Below, piece after piece: positions 1-9,437 of a stretch of DNA of 55,270 nucleotides. Origin of the DNA: an uncultured Clostridia bacterium. GTDB taxonomy: Bacteria; Bacillota; Clostridia; TANB77; CAG-508. Within the stretch, counting starts at the first letter, position 1. Each line of letters starts with the position of its first letter. The translations under genes were made by a program, and so were the position numbers. The stretch spans positions 1-55,270 of the forward strand of contig CANRKF010000002.1 of NCBI GenBank assembly GCA_947631145.1, written 5' to 3'. Below the pieces are notes generated by a model, which saw only the letters and a list, made by a program, of their open reading frames with translations, did no database searches and was not told the origin of the DNA.

Positions 1-1
1 A

Positions 2-592
2 GTAACAAGTCAATTAGTAGATGGAAAAGCATGGGATAGAACAGTAGATTGGATTGCAACAAATAATGCAGACATAGAAAAAGATAGTAAAAGCAAAGGA
101 AATTATGCAGACAATTCTGAAATAACATTTAATAATACACAATATGCAGAGCATGTAGTTCAATTCGATACAACCGATGGTGGAAGTGTAGATAAAGGTT
201 GGAAATCAATAAAAGAATATAAATTTGGAACTTTTAAATCTGGTTGGAAATCTAGTTGGGGAAAGAGTGAAGGAGAAAACCCAAATCTATTTAATGTGCT
301 TAAGGAAGAAGGAAAAACTTATGCTTATAATCATTATGTAGAAATGGCAACAGGAGCAAGTGAAAATACGAAACTAAATAATATCTATGATTTAGCAGGA
401 AATATGAACGAGTGGACAACAGAAACAGGTTATCATGATGTTACTGAAAAGACTACAGAGTTCGCTGTCATTCGTGGTGGCGGCTTCAACTTCGAGAGTA
501 TAAACTGTCCCGTTTCTATTCGTCGTGGCCTCGGTTCTGCAGACACTGCCGTTCCTAGCACCGGCTTTCGTGTTGTACTTTATGTAAAGTAG
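2..592 (+). CDS. C-terminal part of an FGE-sulfatase (SUMF1)/C-type-lectin-fold domain protein; 5' end lies outside the window
   Basis: The frame of listed ORF 296..592 stays open back to nt 2. The tail AVIRGGGF..NC..R....GFRVVLYVK matches the RGG(S/G)(W/F)...GFRV signature of FGE-sulfatase/CLec domains. TAG at 590-592. Confidence 0.7.
   Translation, partial: VTSQLVDGKAWDRTVDWIATNNADIEKDSKSKGNYADNSEITFNNTQYAEHVVQFDTTDGGSVDKGWKSIKEYKFGTFKSGWKSSWGKSEGENPNLFNVLKEEGKTYAYNHYVEMATGASENTKLNNIYDLAGNMNEWTTETGYHDVTEKTTEFAVIRGGGFNFESINCPVSIRRGLGSADTAVPSTGFRVVLYVK
459..583 (+). other. Candidate DGR variable region (VR): adenine-depleted, GC-enriched last ~125 nt of the CLec-fold gene
   Basis: Hand count for nt 461-580: A 16/120, T 41/120, G+C 63/120. 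Nt 301-420 of the same ORF have about 55/120 A. The asymmetry is strand-specific. Confidence 0.45.
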
Positions 593-642
593 CACTACCT
601 ACTGATAGTAGTCCAAGGATATGAACTTAAATAAGAACCTCA

Positions 643-673
643 CCCACCATCACAATCAAAGATTGTGGGTGGG
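643..673 (+). other. GC-rich bulged hairpin 50 nt downstream of the CLec gene stop
   Basis: CCCACC-at-CACAATC aaa GATTGTG-GGTGGG (6+7 bp stem). Flanked by direct AGAACCT at 634-640 and 680-686. Confidence 0.6.
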
Positions 674-732
674 TACTCGAGAACCTTATTGTCTACAACA
701 ATAAAATTATAATGCAATGATAAAAAAGTAAC

Positions 733-770
733 AAAAACAGATAGAATATTACTATATTCTATCTGTTTTT
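733..770. terminator. Bidirectional rho-independent terminator between convergent genes
   Basis: AAAAACAGATAGAATAT tact ATATTCTATCTGTTTTT: 13-bp perfect stem with an A-run and a T-run on either side. Confidence 0.75.
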
Positions 771-809
771 GTAAAGTTTAAGCGATTCAGCGCTGAAATA
801 TTAAAATCT

Positions 810-1892
810 TTATTCATTCTCATTCTCTTTTTTCTCGAAAGAAAACAAATGCCTTAAAGCTTTAAATATATTAGCAAGTTTAGATTCTTTTACAACAGTT
901 AAAGCAGTATTATTAATAATTGCTTCGTATTTGTTTTCTAAATCAGACATTTTATCAACATAATAATTGTTAAAATCAAAGTAATTTTCTGTAATACCAA
1001 TATAATTTTGATAATTGTATAATTGAGTACGGTAAATATCAATTTCTTGTGTGGTACATAAATTATTAAATTCTTTATTAAAATAAGAAGAAAATATTAA
1101 ATCCTGTGTTTGCAAAAAAGTTTTTCTTAAATTAACTTTATAATTATAAATTTTCATACCAATTTTTTGAGTTTTAGAATTATCACAATCATCTTCTAAC
1201 ATTTGATTATTTAACTTTATAATTTTTTCTTCTGTATATAAAATTTTATCTAAATTATCTTGTATTTTTAAAAATTCTCTTCTACCTAAAAGCCTAATTG
1301 CCTCTAATTTAAAAGTATCTGTACTAAAAAATGTACTTTCAAATAAAGCATCTTCACCTATTAAATAAGTTAATTGTTTAACTAAATTACAAAGAAGAGG
1401 GTAATAGTTAGGGCTACTAGTAGGTAGTGAAATTTCATAATATTTTACTATGTCTTCAGGTTGTTGCAAAATTTTAGATGTAAATAATTGAACAGCGCCT
1501 TCATTTAATGCCATACCATAAGTTTTAAATTCACCATATTCACAAAGCCCCAAACGATACAAATTACCATTTTTATCTTTTATTTCTTGTAAGTGGTGAA
1601 TAAATTCATGAATAGCAAACTTTTCAAGCTCATCTAAAGGAACACCTTGTTTAAAATATATAGAAGAATTTTTATAAAAATAGTTTGCCTCTGCAAAGCC
1701 TTCAGGCATTTTGGCTAAATACATAGGAAGTCTAGAAAATTCTATAAATAATTCCTTAGAGCTAAAATGAGCCTTAGGAAAGGTTTTGCAAATTTTGTCA
1801 GATACATTTTTAGCAAGTGAATTAACACTTAATGTATCTAATCTTCCAACTATTTCAATTCCATCTTTTTTTAATTCTGCTTCAATATTCAT
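810..1892 (-). CDS. Hypothetical protein with HExxH zinc-metallopeptidase motif (HEFIHH ... NEG)
   Basis: 360-aa ORF with AIHEFIHHLQ and a downstream ALNEGAVQ (possible third ligand). No family recognised. Confidence 0.55.
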   Translation of the reverse strand: MNIEAELKKDGIEIVGRLDTLSVNSLAKNVSDKICKTFPKAHFSSKELFIEFSRLPMYLAKMPEGFAEANYFYKNSSIYFKQGVPLDELEKFAIHEFIHHLQEIKDKNGNLYRLGLCEYGEFKTYGMALNEGAVQLFTSKILQQPEDIVKYYEISLPTSSPNYYPLLCNLVKQLTYLIGEDALFESTFFSTDTFKLEAIRLLGRREFLKIQDNLDKILYTEEKIIKLNNQMLEDDCDNSKTQKIGMKIYNYKVNLRKTFLQTQDLIFSSYFNKEFNNLCTTQEIDIYRTQLYNYQNYIGITENYFDFNNYYVDKMSDLENKYEAIINNTALTVVKESKLANIFKALRHLFSFEKKENENE

Positions 1893-2076
1893 TAATTTCT
1901 CCTTAGTATTTTCTAGTCAATATTATACTACATAATATGACAAAATTGTATGTCAAAATGTTTACATTTATATTACAAATATGTAACATTCGTATAATAT
2001 ATAAAACAATATAATGGATTTTGGAAGCAACGTGCTAGCAATTAAGCGAGAGTACATGCAAGTAAAACAGCAAACC

Positions 2077-2153
2077 CATTATTTGATTGGCTGCAACAAA
2101 CAAAGTGTAAGAATCAATTATTTGATAGGCTACGGCAAACAAGGTGTAAGAAT
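2077..2153. repeat. 2 x 38/39-bp tandem repeat downstream of leuS
   Basis: cattatttgattggctgcaacaaacaaagtgtaagaat / caattatttgataggctacggcaaacaaggtgtaagaat. Confidence 0.8.
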
Positions 2154-2192
2154 TCCTTATATTTGTTTATATATTTTATGCATTTGTAATAA

Positions 2193-4619
2193 TTATTTTA
2201 CTACAATATTATAAATCTTGTTTTTTACATAAATTTCTTTAACAATTGTCTTGTCAGCAGTAGCATTTTGAATAGCAGAAGTATTATGAACTTTTTCCTT
2301 TACTGAAGCTTCATCTTCATCTACTGAAATTGCCACAGTAGCTTTTAATTTACCATTAACTTGAATTGGAATTTCAATTTCGCTATCTAAAGTTTTAGCT
2401 TCATCAAAGGTAGGCCAAGGAGTATTTGCTATAGTATTAGGCTCTCCAATTATTTCAAATAATTCTTCTGTAATATGTGGTACAAAAGGATTTAACAATT
2501 GAAGTAAAGTTTTAAATTCAGCCTTATTAATTCTTTTTACCCTGTAAAATTCATTTACCATTGTCATAAACGTACTAACTGCTGTATTAAATTTCATTTC
2601 TTCAATATCAGAAGAAACCTTTTTTATGGCTTTATGCATCATTTTTTCAAATTCAGGAGAATAGGTATCTCCATCAACCAAGAACTCTTGTAAATTCCAT
2701 ACACGGTCTAAAAATTTATTACATCCACGAATACTTTCCATAGACCAAGGTGCTGTTTGGTCAAATGGTCCCATAAACATTTCATAAATACGGAAAGTAT
2801 CTGCACCAAATTCATTAATAATATCATCTGGATTAATAACATTTCCCTTAGATTTAGACATTTTTTCACCATTTGAACCTAAAATCATACCATGTGAAGT
2901 ACGTTTTGCATAAGGTTCTTTAGTAGGAACAACTCCAATATCATATAAAAATTTATGCCAAAATCTAGAATATAGTAAGTGTAAAGTAGTATGCTCCATA
3001 CCACCATTATACCAGTCAACTGGTCCCCAGTAATTTAAGGCATCTTTAGATGCGAGCTCTTTTTTATTGTGTGGATCCATATAACGTAGATAATACCAAG
3101 AAGAACCAGCCCATTGAGGCATAGTATCAGTTTCACGCTTTGCAGTTTTTCCACAATGTGGACATTTAGTATTTACCCATTCTGTGTGCTTAGCAAGTGG
3201 AGATTCACCGTTTTCGCCGGGCTCATAATCGTCAATGTTAGGTAATTCTAAAGGAAGTTCACTTTCTGGAATAGGAACCCAACCACATTCTTCACAATAT
3301 ACCATAGGAATTGGCTCGCCCCAATAACGTTGTCTTGAAAATACCCAGTCACGAAGTTTATAATTTACTTTTCTAGTTCCAATGCCTTTTTCTTCTAAAT
3401 AATCAATAACTTTTTTCTTTGCGTCTTCTACAGATAATCCTGTTAAAAATCCTGAATTAATTAATTTCCCAGTGGCAACATCTGTAAAAGCTTCTTTTTC
3501 AATATCACAAATAACATCAGGAGAAGTAGATTCTATAACTTGTATCATAGGCAAATTAAATTTTTTGGCAAATTCCCAGTCTCTAGTATCATGAGAAGGA
3601 ACCGCCATAATAGCACCTGTGCCATAAGTAATTAAAACATAGTCTGAAACCCAAATAGGAATTTCTTCGTCTGTTAATGGGTTAACAGCTTTAATGCCTT
3701 TAATTTCAACACCAGTTTTTTCTTTATTAAGTTCTGCACGTTCAAAGTCAGATTTTAAAGCAGCTTTATTTTGGTATTCTTTTACTTCATTTAAATTTGT
3801 AATTTCATCTGCTAGTTCTGAAATAATAGGGTGCTCTGGAGCTACAACCATATAAGTTGCACCAAATAAAGTATCAGGTCTTGTAGTATAAACAATAAGT
3901 TCTTTATCATGCCCACTAATTTTAAATTTAACTTCAGCACCTTCGCTTCTACCAATCCAATTTTTTTGCTGTGTTTTAATTTTTTCTAAGTAATCAACAT
4001 CATCTAAGTCATCTATTAATCTTTGGGCATATTCTGTAATTTTTAGCATCCATTGACTTTTTTCTTTTTGCACAACAGGGCTTCCACATCTTTCACAAAC
4101 ACCATTAACAACTTCTTCGTTTGCTAAACCTACTTTGCAACCTGTACAAAAGTTGATAGGCATTGTAGTTTTATAGGCTAATCCATGTTTAAATAATTGA
4201 ATAAAAATCCATTGAGTCCATTTATAGTATTCTGGATCTGTAGTATTTACAACTCTAGACCAATCAAAAGAAAAACCTAAAGCCTTTAATTGATCAGTAA
4301 AATGTGCAACATTTTTTTCAGTTGTAATTTTAGGGTGAACGTGATTTTTAATTGCATAGTTTTCAGCTGGCAAACCAAATGCATCAAATCCAATTGGATA
4401 TAGAACATTGTAGCCTTCCATTCTTTTCTTCCTAGCAATAATATCTAATGCAGTGTAGCTTCTAGGATGCCCTACATGCAAACCTTGTCCAGAAGGATAA
4501 GGAAATTCAATTAATCCATACCACTTTTTTAAAGAAGGATTATCTTTTGCATAAAAAGTTCCTTCACTATACCATTTTTTTTGCCATTTTTTTTCTATTT
4601 CTTGAAAGTTATATGCCAT
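2193..4619 (-). CDS. leuS: Leucyl-tRNA synthetase
   Basis: Class I LeuRS hallmarks: HVGHPRSY (HIGH region) and KMSKSKGN (KMSKS loop). Start set to ATG 4619 ([12 protein letters not shown]) with AAAGGA 11 nt upstream; ATG 4631 overlaps that RBS. Confidence 0.95.
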   Translation of the reverse strand: MAYNFQEIEKKWQKKWYSEGTFYAKDNPSLKKWYGLIEFPYPSGQGLHVGHPRSYTALDIIARKKRMEGYNVLYPIGFDAFGLPAENYAIKNHVHPKITTEKNVAHFTDQLKALGFSFDWSRVVNTTDPEYYKWTQWIFIQLFKHGLAYKTTMPINFCTGCKVGLANEEVVNGVCERCGSPVVQKEKSQWMLKITEYAQRLIDDLDDVDYLEKIKTQQKNWIGRSEGAEVKFKISGHDKELIVYTTRPDTLFGATYMVVAPEHPIISELADEITNLNEVKEYQNKAALKSDFERAELNKEKTGVEIKGIKAVNPLTDEEIPIWVSDYVLITYGTGAIMAVPSHDTRDWEFAKKFNLPMIQVIESTSPDVICDIEKEAFTDVATGKLINSGFLTGLSVEDAKKKVIDYLEEKGIGTRKVNYKLRDWVFSRQRYWGEPIPMVYCEECGWVPIPESELPLELPNIDDYEPGENGESPLAKHTEWVNTKCPHCGKTAKRETDTMPQWAGSSWYYLRYMDPHNKKELASKDALNYWGPVDWYNGGMEHTTLHLLYSRFWHKFLYDIGVVPTKEPYAKRTSHGMILGSNGEKMSKSKGNVINPDDIINEFGADTFRIYEMFMGPFDQTAPWSMESIRGCNKFLDRVWNLQEFLVDGDTYSPEFEKMMHKAIKKVSSDIEEMKFNTAVSTFMTMVNEFYRVKRINKAEFKTLLQLLNPFVPHITEELFEIIGEPNTIANTPWPTFDEAKTLDSEIEIPIQVNGKLKATVAISVDEDEASVKEKVHNTSAIQNATADKTIVKEIYVKNKIYNIVVK

Positions 4620-4856
4620 ATTTACTATCATCCTTTCTTAAGGCACAAATTTGGTTGGAGAAGAATTAAGTTTTGGCTAGAAAAATGAGTTTGCCAACAC
4701 CAGAACTATAATTATTTTTCAACCTTTTCGCTCTTAAATACTACTATAGATATATTTTACTAAAAATATAGTAGCTTAAATCAATACTTATAGAGCATAT
4801 TATATAATAAAACTGGCTTAAAATAAAGTAGAAAGCTTAAAAAATATAAAAATATT

Positions 4857-5035
4857 TAATAAAAATGCATTTATTTAATTATATTTTCGGAATTTTTAAA
4901 AAATGTGGCAATTATCTTTAAATAAATTAATTATATTTTCTAAGTTCTTAAAAAATGCATTAATTATTTTTATAATAATAATATTAGAAGCTCTTTAAAA
5001 AATGTAATTATCTTTAAGAATAATTTTCGAATTTC
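4857..5035. repeat. Degenerate ~55-bp AT-rich tandem repeats in the leuS/adhE divergent spacer
   Basis: Recurring ...ttaaaaaatg(nnn)aattat(c)ttta... units, at least 3 copies. Confidence 0.55.
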
Positions 5036-5157
5036 TTTACAATAAAAATTTATTAGTATATAATAACAAAAAATGGTAAATACTAAGGAAGAAGCAAACC
5101 AAACAATATTTATTAAAGGTTAGCGTTATATATTTAAGAAAAATGGAGGATATGAAA

Positions 5158-7761
5158 ATGGCAAAAGAATTAAGTGAAGAAGAAAAAACACAAATAGAAA
5201 AAATGATAGATGACTTAGTTCAAAAAGCAAAACAAGCATCTAAAGAATATATGAAGTTAGATCAAGATCAAGTAGATCATATTGTAAAACAAATGGCTAT
5301 GGCAGGTTTGGAACATCATATGGAACTTGCAAAAATGGCTGTAGAAGAAACTGGAAGAGGTATTTACGAAGACAAAATTACTAAGAACATGTTTGCTACA
5401 GAATATATTTATCATAGCATTAAGTATGATAAAACTGTAGGAGTAATATCAGAAAATGAAGAAGAAGGATATGAAGAAATAGCAGAACCCATAGGAATTA
5501 TTGCAGGTGTAACGCCGGTAACAAACCCAACTTCTACTACAATGTTTAAATCCTTAATAGCAGCAAAAACAAGAAATGTTATAATATTTGGTTTTCATCC
5601 AAATTCACAAAAATGTAGCGTTGCAGCAGCAACATATTTAAGAGATGCAGCCATAAAAGCTGGAGCACCTGAAAACTGTATTTTATGGATAGAAGAACCA
5701 TCAATAGATGCAACTAGAGCCTTAATGAACCATCCAGATGTTAATTTAATTTTAGCAACAGGAGGGGCTGGAATGGTAAGGTCTGCATATTCTTGTGGAA
5801 AACCTGCTTTAGGAGTAGGACCTGGAAATGTACCTTGCTATATAGATAAAACAGCTAATTTAAAAACATCTGTAAATGATTTAGTGCTATCAAAATCATT
5901 TGATAATGGAATGATTTGTGCATCAGAACAGTCAGTTATTGTAGATAAAGAAATTTCAAAAGAATTTGAAAAATTAATGAAAGAAGCAGGTTGCTATTTT
6001 TTAAGCGCAGAAGAAACACAAAAATTAAGAGATAGTATGTTTATACAAGAAAAAGGCTGTAGCCTAAATGCAGATATAGTAGGAAAAAGCCCATACATTA
6101 TTGCCAAAGGCGCTGGAATAGAAGTACCACAAGATACAAAGGTATTAGTATTAAAAGAAAATGGTGTAGGTATTGAATATCCATTTTCAAAAGAAAAATT
6201 AAGCCCTGTACTTGCATATTATGTAGTAAAAAATTCAGAAGAAGGAATTGACCTAGCTGAAAAATTAATTGAATTTGGAGGACTTGGTCATTCAGCAGTT
6301 ATTCATTCTGAAGATGAAGACACAATTCAAAAATTTTCGGAAAAAGTAAAAGTAGGAAGAATTATAGTAAATTCTCCATCTACACATGGAGCAATTGGCG
6401 ATATTTATAACACTAATATGCCATCACTAACTTTAGGGTGTGGAACCTTTGGAGGAAATTCAACAACTGCAAATGTTTCATCAGTAAATTTAATAAATAT
6501 AAAAAGAGTAGCAAAAAGAAGAGTTAATATGCAATGGTTTAAAGTTCCAGAAAAAATATATTTTGAAGCCGGCTCTATTGGATATTTAGAAAAAATGCCG
6601 GATATAACAAGAGCATTTATAGTAACAGACGAATCAATGGTAAAACTAGGATATGTAGAAAAAATATTATATTATTTAAGAAAAAGAAAAGAATATGTAC
6701 ATTCTGAAATATTTTCAGATGTAGAATCAGATCCTTCATTTGACACTATATACAAAGGCGTAGAAATAATGAGAGAATTTAAGCCAGATGTAATTATTGC
6801 ACTTGGTGGGGGAAGCCCAATAGATGCTGCAAAGGGAATGTGGCTATTTTATGAACATCCAGAAGCAGATGCAGAAGGAATGAAACTAAAGTTTATGGAT
6901 ATTCGTAAACGTACTTACAAATTTCCAAAACTAGGAACCAAAGCTAAATTAGTAGCAATTCCAACAACTTCTGGAACAGGATCTGAAGTAACATCTTTTG
7001 CAGTTATTACAGATAAAAAGCAAAACAAAAAATATCCTTTAGCAGATTATGAGTTAACACCAGACGTTGCAATTGTAGATCCAGAATTAGTAATGAGCTT
7101 GCCAAAATCAATTACTGCAGATACAGGAATGGATGTATTAACACACGCAATAGAAGCTTATGTTTCTAATATGGCATCAGATTTCACAGATGGCTTAGCA
7201 GAAAAAGCAGTTGAATTAGTATTTAAAAATATTAGAGAAGCATATAATAATGGAAGTAATAGATTAGCTAGAGAAAAAATGCATAATGCAAGCACAATTG
7301 CAGGAATGGCATTTACTAATGCATTTTTAGGCGTAAACCATTCACTTGCTCACAAAATAGGAGCAGAGTTCCATTTGCCACATGGCAGAATTAATGCAAT
7401 TTTACTTCCTTATGTAATTAGATATAATAGCCAAAAACCAACAAAATTTGTATCATTCCCAAAATATGAATATTTTATAGCAGATCAAAAATATGCAGAT
7501 TTATCTAGAAGAATGAATTTCCCTGCTTATGGAAATGAAGAAGGTGTAAATTCTTTAATAGAAGAAATTAAAAAGTTAAATAATGACTTAAATATTCCTA
7601 AGTCTTTTAAAGAAGCAGGAATTGATGAGCAAGAATTTTTAAGTAAAGTTGATATGCTAGCAGAAAGAAGCTTTGAAGATCAATGCACAACATCAAATCC
7701 AAGACTTCCACTTGTAGAAGAGCTAAAGCAAATTTTGTTAGATAGCTATTATGGAAGATAA
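5158..7761 (+). CDS. adhE: Bifunctional acetaldehyde-CoA/alcohol dehydrogenase
   Basis: N-terminal ALDH half (MICASEQS catalytic Cys) plus C-terminal Fe-ADH half (GGGSPIDAAK, HSLAHKIGAEFHLPHG). GGAGGA lies 7 nt before ATG 5158; in-frame ATGs at 5143 and 5152 are also possible. Confidence 0.93.
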   Translation: MAKELSEEEKTQIEKMIDDLVQKAKQASKEYMKLDQDQVDHIVKQMAMAGLEHHMELAKMAVEETGRGIYEDKITKNMFATEYIYHSIKYDKTVGVISENEEEGYEEIAEPIGIIAGVTPVTNPTSTTMFKSLIAAKTRNVIIFGFHPNSQKCSVAAATYLRDAAIKAGAPENCILWIEEPSIDATRALMNHPDVNLILATGGAGMVRSAYSCGKPALGVGPGNVPCYIDKTANLKTSVNDLVLSKSFDNGMICASEQSVIVDKEISKEFEKLMKEAGCYFLSAEETQKLRDSMFIQEKGCSLNADIVGKSPYIIAKGAGIEVPQDTKVLVLKENGVGIEYPFSKEKLSPVLAYYVVKNSEEGIDLAEKLIEFGGLGHSAVIHSEDEDTIQKFSEKVKVGRIIVNSPSTHGAIGDIYNTNMPSLTLGCGTFGGNSTTANVSSVNLINIKRVAKRRVNMQWFKVPEKIYFEAGSIGYLEKMPDITRAFIVTDESMVKLGYVEKILYYLRKRKEYVHSEIFSDVESDPSFDTIYKGVEIMREFKPDVIIALGGGSPIDAAKGMWLFYEHPEADAEGMKLKFMDIRKRTYKFPKLGTKAKLVAIPTTSGTGSEVTSFAVITDKKQNKKYPLADYELTPDVAIVDPELVMSLPKSITADTGMDVLTHAIEAYVSNMASDFTDGLAEKAVELVFKNIREAYNNGSNRLAREKMHNASTIAGMAFTNAFLGVNHSLAHKIGAEFHLPHGRINAILLPYVIRYNSQKPTKFVSFPKYEYFIADQKYADLSRRMNFPAYGNEEGVNSLIEEIKKLNNDLNIPKSFKEAGIDEQEFLSKVDMLAERSFEDQCTTSNPRLPLVEELKQILLDSYYGR

Positions 7762-7936
7762 AAGCAATATTTACTTTTGAAGGCATAAAAAAGTTATAAA
7801 AGAGATATAAAATGGAAGCAATAAAGAAGCAACGAAAAAGATATAAAATGAAGTCATAAAAGGATGCAATTGTCAAGTAAAAAGTTAAATGCAATTCTGT
7901 AAGGTAAGTGTAATTAAAGAAAGCTATAAAAGCAAT

Positions 7937-7965
7937 TTGACATAAAATGGAAAAAGCAGTATAAT
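7937..7965 (+). promoter_or_regulatory. Consensus sigma-A type promoter for the Spo0A-C gene
   Basis: TTGACA (7937-7942), 17 nt spacer, TATAAT (7960-7965). Confidence 0.6.
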
Positions 7966-8014
7966 ATTGTACATCAACTTAAAGTTGAAATATTTTTTAG
8001 GAGAAAATTGCAAG

Positions 8015-8512
8015 ATGACCAAAACAGAGAAAGCAGTGAACTTTCTTCGGAAAATGCGAGAAGACGGGTTAACCCTAGACGACTTGATCGACGCTATCGA
8101 GGAGGTGGCAAAGTCTAAGCCTGTAAGCGGTGATTCTGATAAAATCAAAATTAAAAGAGATGAGAATTTAGAACAAATAATTACCGAAATAATACACGAG
8201 ATTGGAATTCCTGCTAAAGTTAATGGACATGAGTACATTCGGCGCAGCATTGAACTAATATATATAAATTCTGAGGTTAAGCATAATATTGTCAAAAAAG
8301 TATATTTTGTTCTTGCAGAAGAATTTGACACAACAGCATATAACATTGAACGTTGTATTAGGCGTGCAATTGAAATTGCATGGGATCGTGGCAATACTGA
8401 AATATTAGAAAAGTATTTCGGATATACAGTAAGCAAATTCAAAGGTAGACCAACTAATTTAGAGTTCCTTGCTATGATTGCAGATTATATTCGTATGCAA
8501 TATAATTTATAA
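8015..8512 (+). CDS. Stand-alone Spo0A C-terminal (DNA-binding) domain protein without receiver domain
   Basis: HEIGIPAKVNGHEYIRRSIELIY ... ERCIRRAIEIAWDRGN ... FGYTVSKFKGRPTNLEFLAMIADYI aligns with the B. subtilis Spo0A effector domain. TAGGAGA RBS lies 10 nt before ATG 8015. Codon usage is atypical (CGG, CGC, CGT Arg codons). Confidence 0.85.
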   Translation: MTKTEKAVNFLRKMREDGLTLDDLIDAIEEVAKSKPVSGDSDKIKIKRDENLEQIITEIIHEIGIPAKVNGHEYIRRSIELIYINSEVKHNIVKKVYFVLAEEFDTTAYNIERCIRRAIEIAWDRGNTEILEKYFGYTVSKFKGRPTNLEFLAMIADYIRMQYNL

Positions 8513-8676
8513 GTTCTCCAGAGGGAATCTAGAATAGAAACCCAAAAAAAGAATGTTCCTAATATGAGAAGGCAAAAAAGTGTGTCTTAAAGCAGAAAGC
8601 AAAATACAAAAAAAGAAGGTATCATAAAATAGAAAGCAAAGGACCAAAAAGCAGCTCTAAAAAAGGAACAAAAATC

Positions 8677-8709
8677 AAAAATTCCAGTGAGAAATCGCTG
8701 GAATTTTTG
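8677..8709 (+). terminator. Rho-independent terminator
   Basis: AAAAATTCCAG tgagaaatcg CTGGAATTTTT. Confidence 0.65.
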
Positions 8710-8983
8710 TATGTGTAAAAATATTCACTTTTTTAGCTACTATAAATAATTTTAAAGAAAAAATAGGGTAAGCTGAAAAATAAACTTCTAAAAGTAAAAA
8801 TAAAGTAAGCTCAAAAAGCAAATTCAAAAAATAATGTCAAGTGAAAGTTAAAATTCAGGTGGTATAAGTAGAAATAAGTGTAAAGAAAAATAACGTTTTT
8901 TAAGTAAGAAGCTTGTAATTTCAAGTAAAAATAGATATAATATGAAACAGAGAAAATCACAAAACATAAGGAGGCAAAAAATA

Positions 8984-9271
8984 ATGAAAGTATCCAGAGA
9001 AGAACTTTTACATATTGCAAAATTAGCCAATTTAAATTTAAAAGAAGAAGAAATTGACACTTATTTAATTCATTTACAAGATATTTTAAATTTTGCTAAT
9101 ATTGTAAATAGCGCACCAGTAGATGGTTTAAATGAAGCTATTGGAGCAAACGACACATACAATGTATTTAGAAAAGATGAAGTAAAAGTATTTGAAAACA
9201 ATGAAGCTTTACTACAAAATGCACCAGAAAAAGAAAGAAATATGTTTAAAATACCAAAAGTAATACAATAA
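8984..9271 (+). CDS. gatC: Asp/Glu-tRNA amidotransferase subunit C
   Basis: MKVSREELLHIAKLANLNLKEEE is a typical GatC start. AAGGAGG RBS precedes ATG 8984. Followed by gatA and gatB. Confidence 0.9.
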   Translation: MKVSREELLHIAKLANLNLKEEEIDTYLIHLQDILNFANIVNSAPVDGLNEAIGANDTYNVFRKDEVKVFENNEALLQNAPEKERNMFKIPKVIQ

Positions 9272-9420
9272 AATTTCAGGAAGCTAAAAAATGTCTAAAA
9301 ATAATTAAAAAATAAGTTAAAAATATCTTAATAATAAGCTGAGAATATCTTAATAATAGCTAAAAATAGTTTGAAAAATAGCTTAAATAATAGTAATTTA
9401 GGCAAACTTTTAGAAAAAAC
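9272..9420. repeat. Degenerate ~20-bp AT-rich tandem repeats in the gatC-gatA spacer
   Basis: aagctaaaaaatgtctaaaaataat / aagctgagaatatcttaataat / agctaaaaatagtttgaaaaat / agcttaaataatag. Confidence 0.55.
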
Positions 9421-9437
9421 AAGAAAGGAAGGTCATA

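Noticed and set aside
2014-2214. Listed 66-aa ORF between the HExxH gene and leuS.
   Set aside because: It reads through a 38-bp tandem repeat and overlaps the leuS 3' end, and it has no RBS. It is an artefact of the repeat.
4620-4800. Possible T-box leader upstream of leuS. Seen: a stem GCTCT..CTACTATA-n18-TATAGTAG..AGAGC, a UUA next to it that could be a Leu specifier, and a TGGTGTTGGC stretch.
   Set aside because: I could not find the conserved T-box sequence (..GGGTGGTACCGCG..), a convincing antiterminator/terminator pair, or the AGAGA/GNUGA stem I motifs. A covariance-model scan (Rfam RF00230) would decide it.
7607-8442. Listed minus-strand ORFs 7607..7894 and 7924..8442.
   Set aside because: They are antisense to the adhE end and to the well-supported Spo0A-C gene. 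Their translations are low-complexity and hydrophobic, typical of AT-rich antisense frames.
8811-9060. Listed minus-strand ORFs 8811..9020 and 8848..9060, and the N-terminal extension of gatC from 8942.
   Set aside because: The minus-strand ORFs are antisense to the gatC promoter and start. The AAGGAGG RBS supports ATG 8984 as the gatC start.
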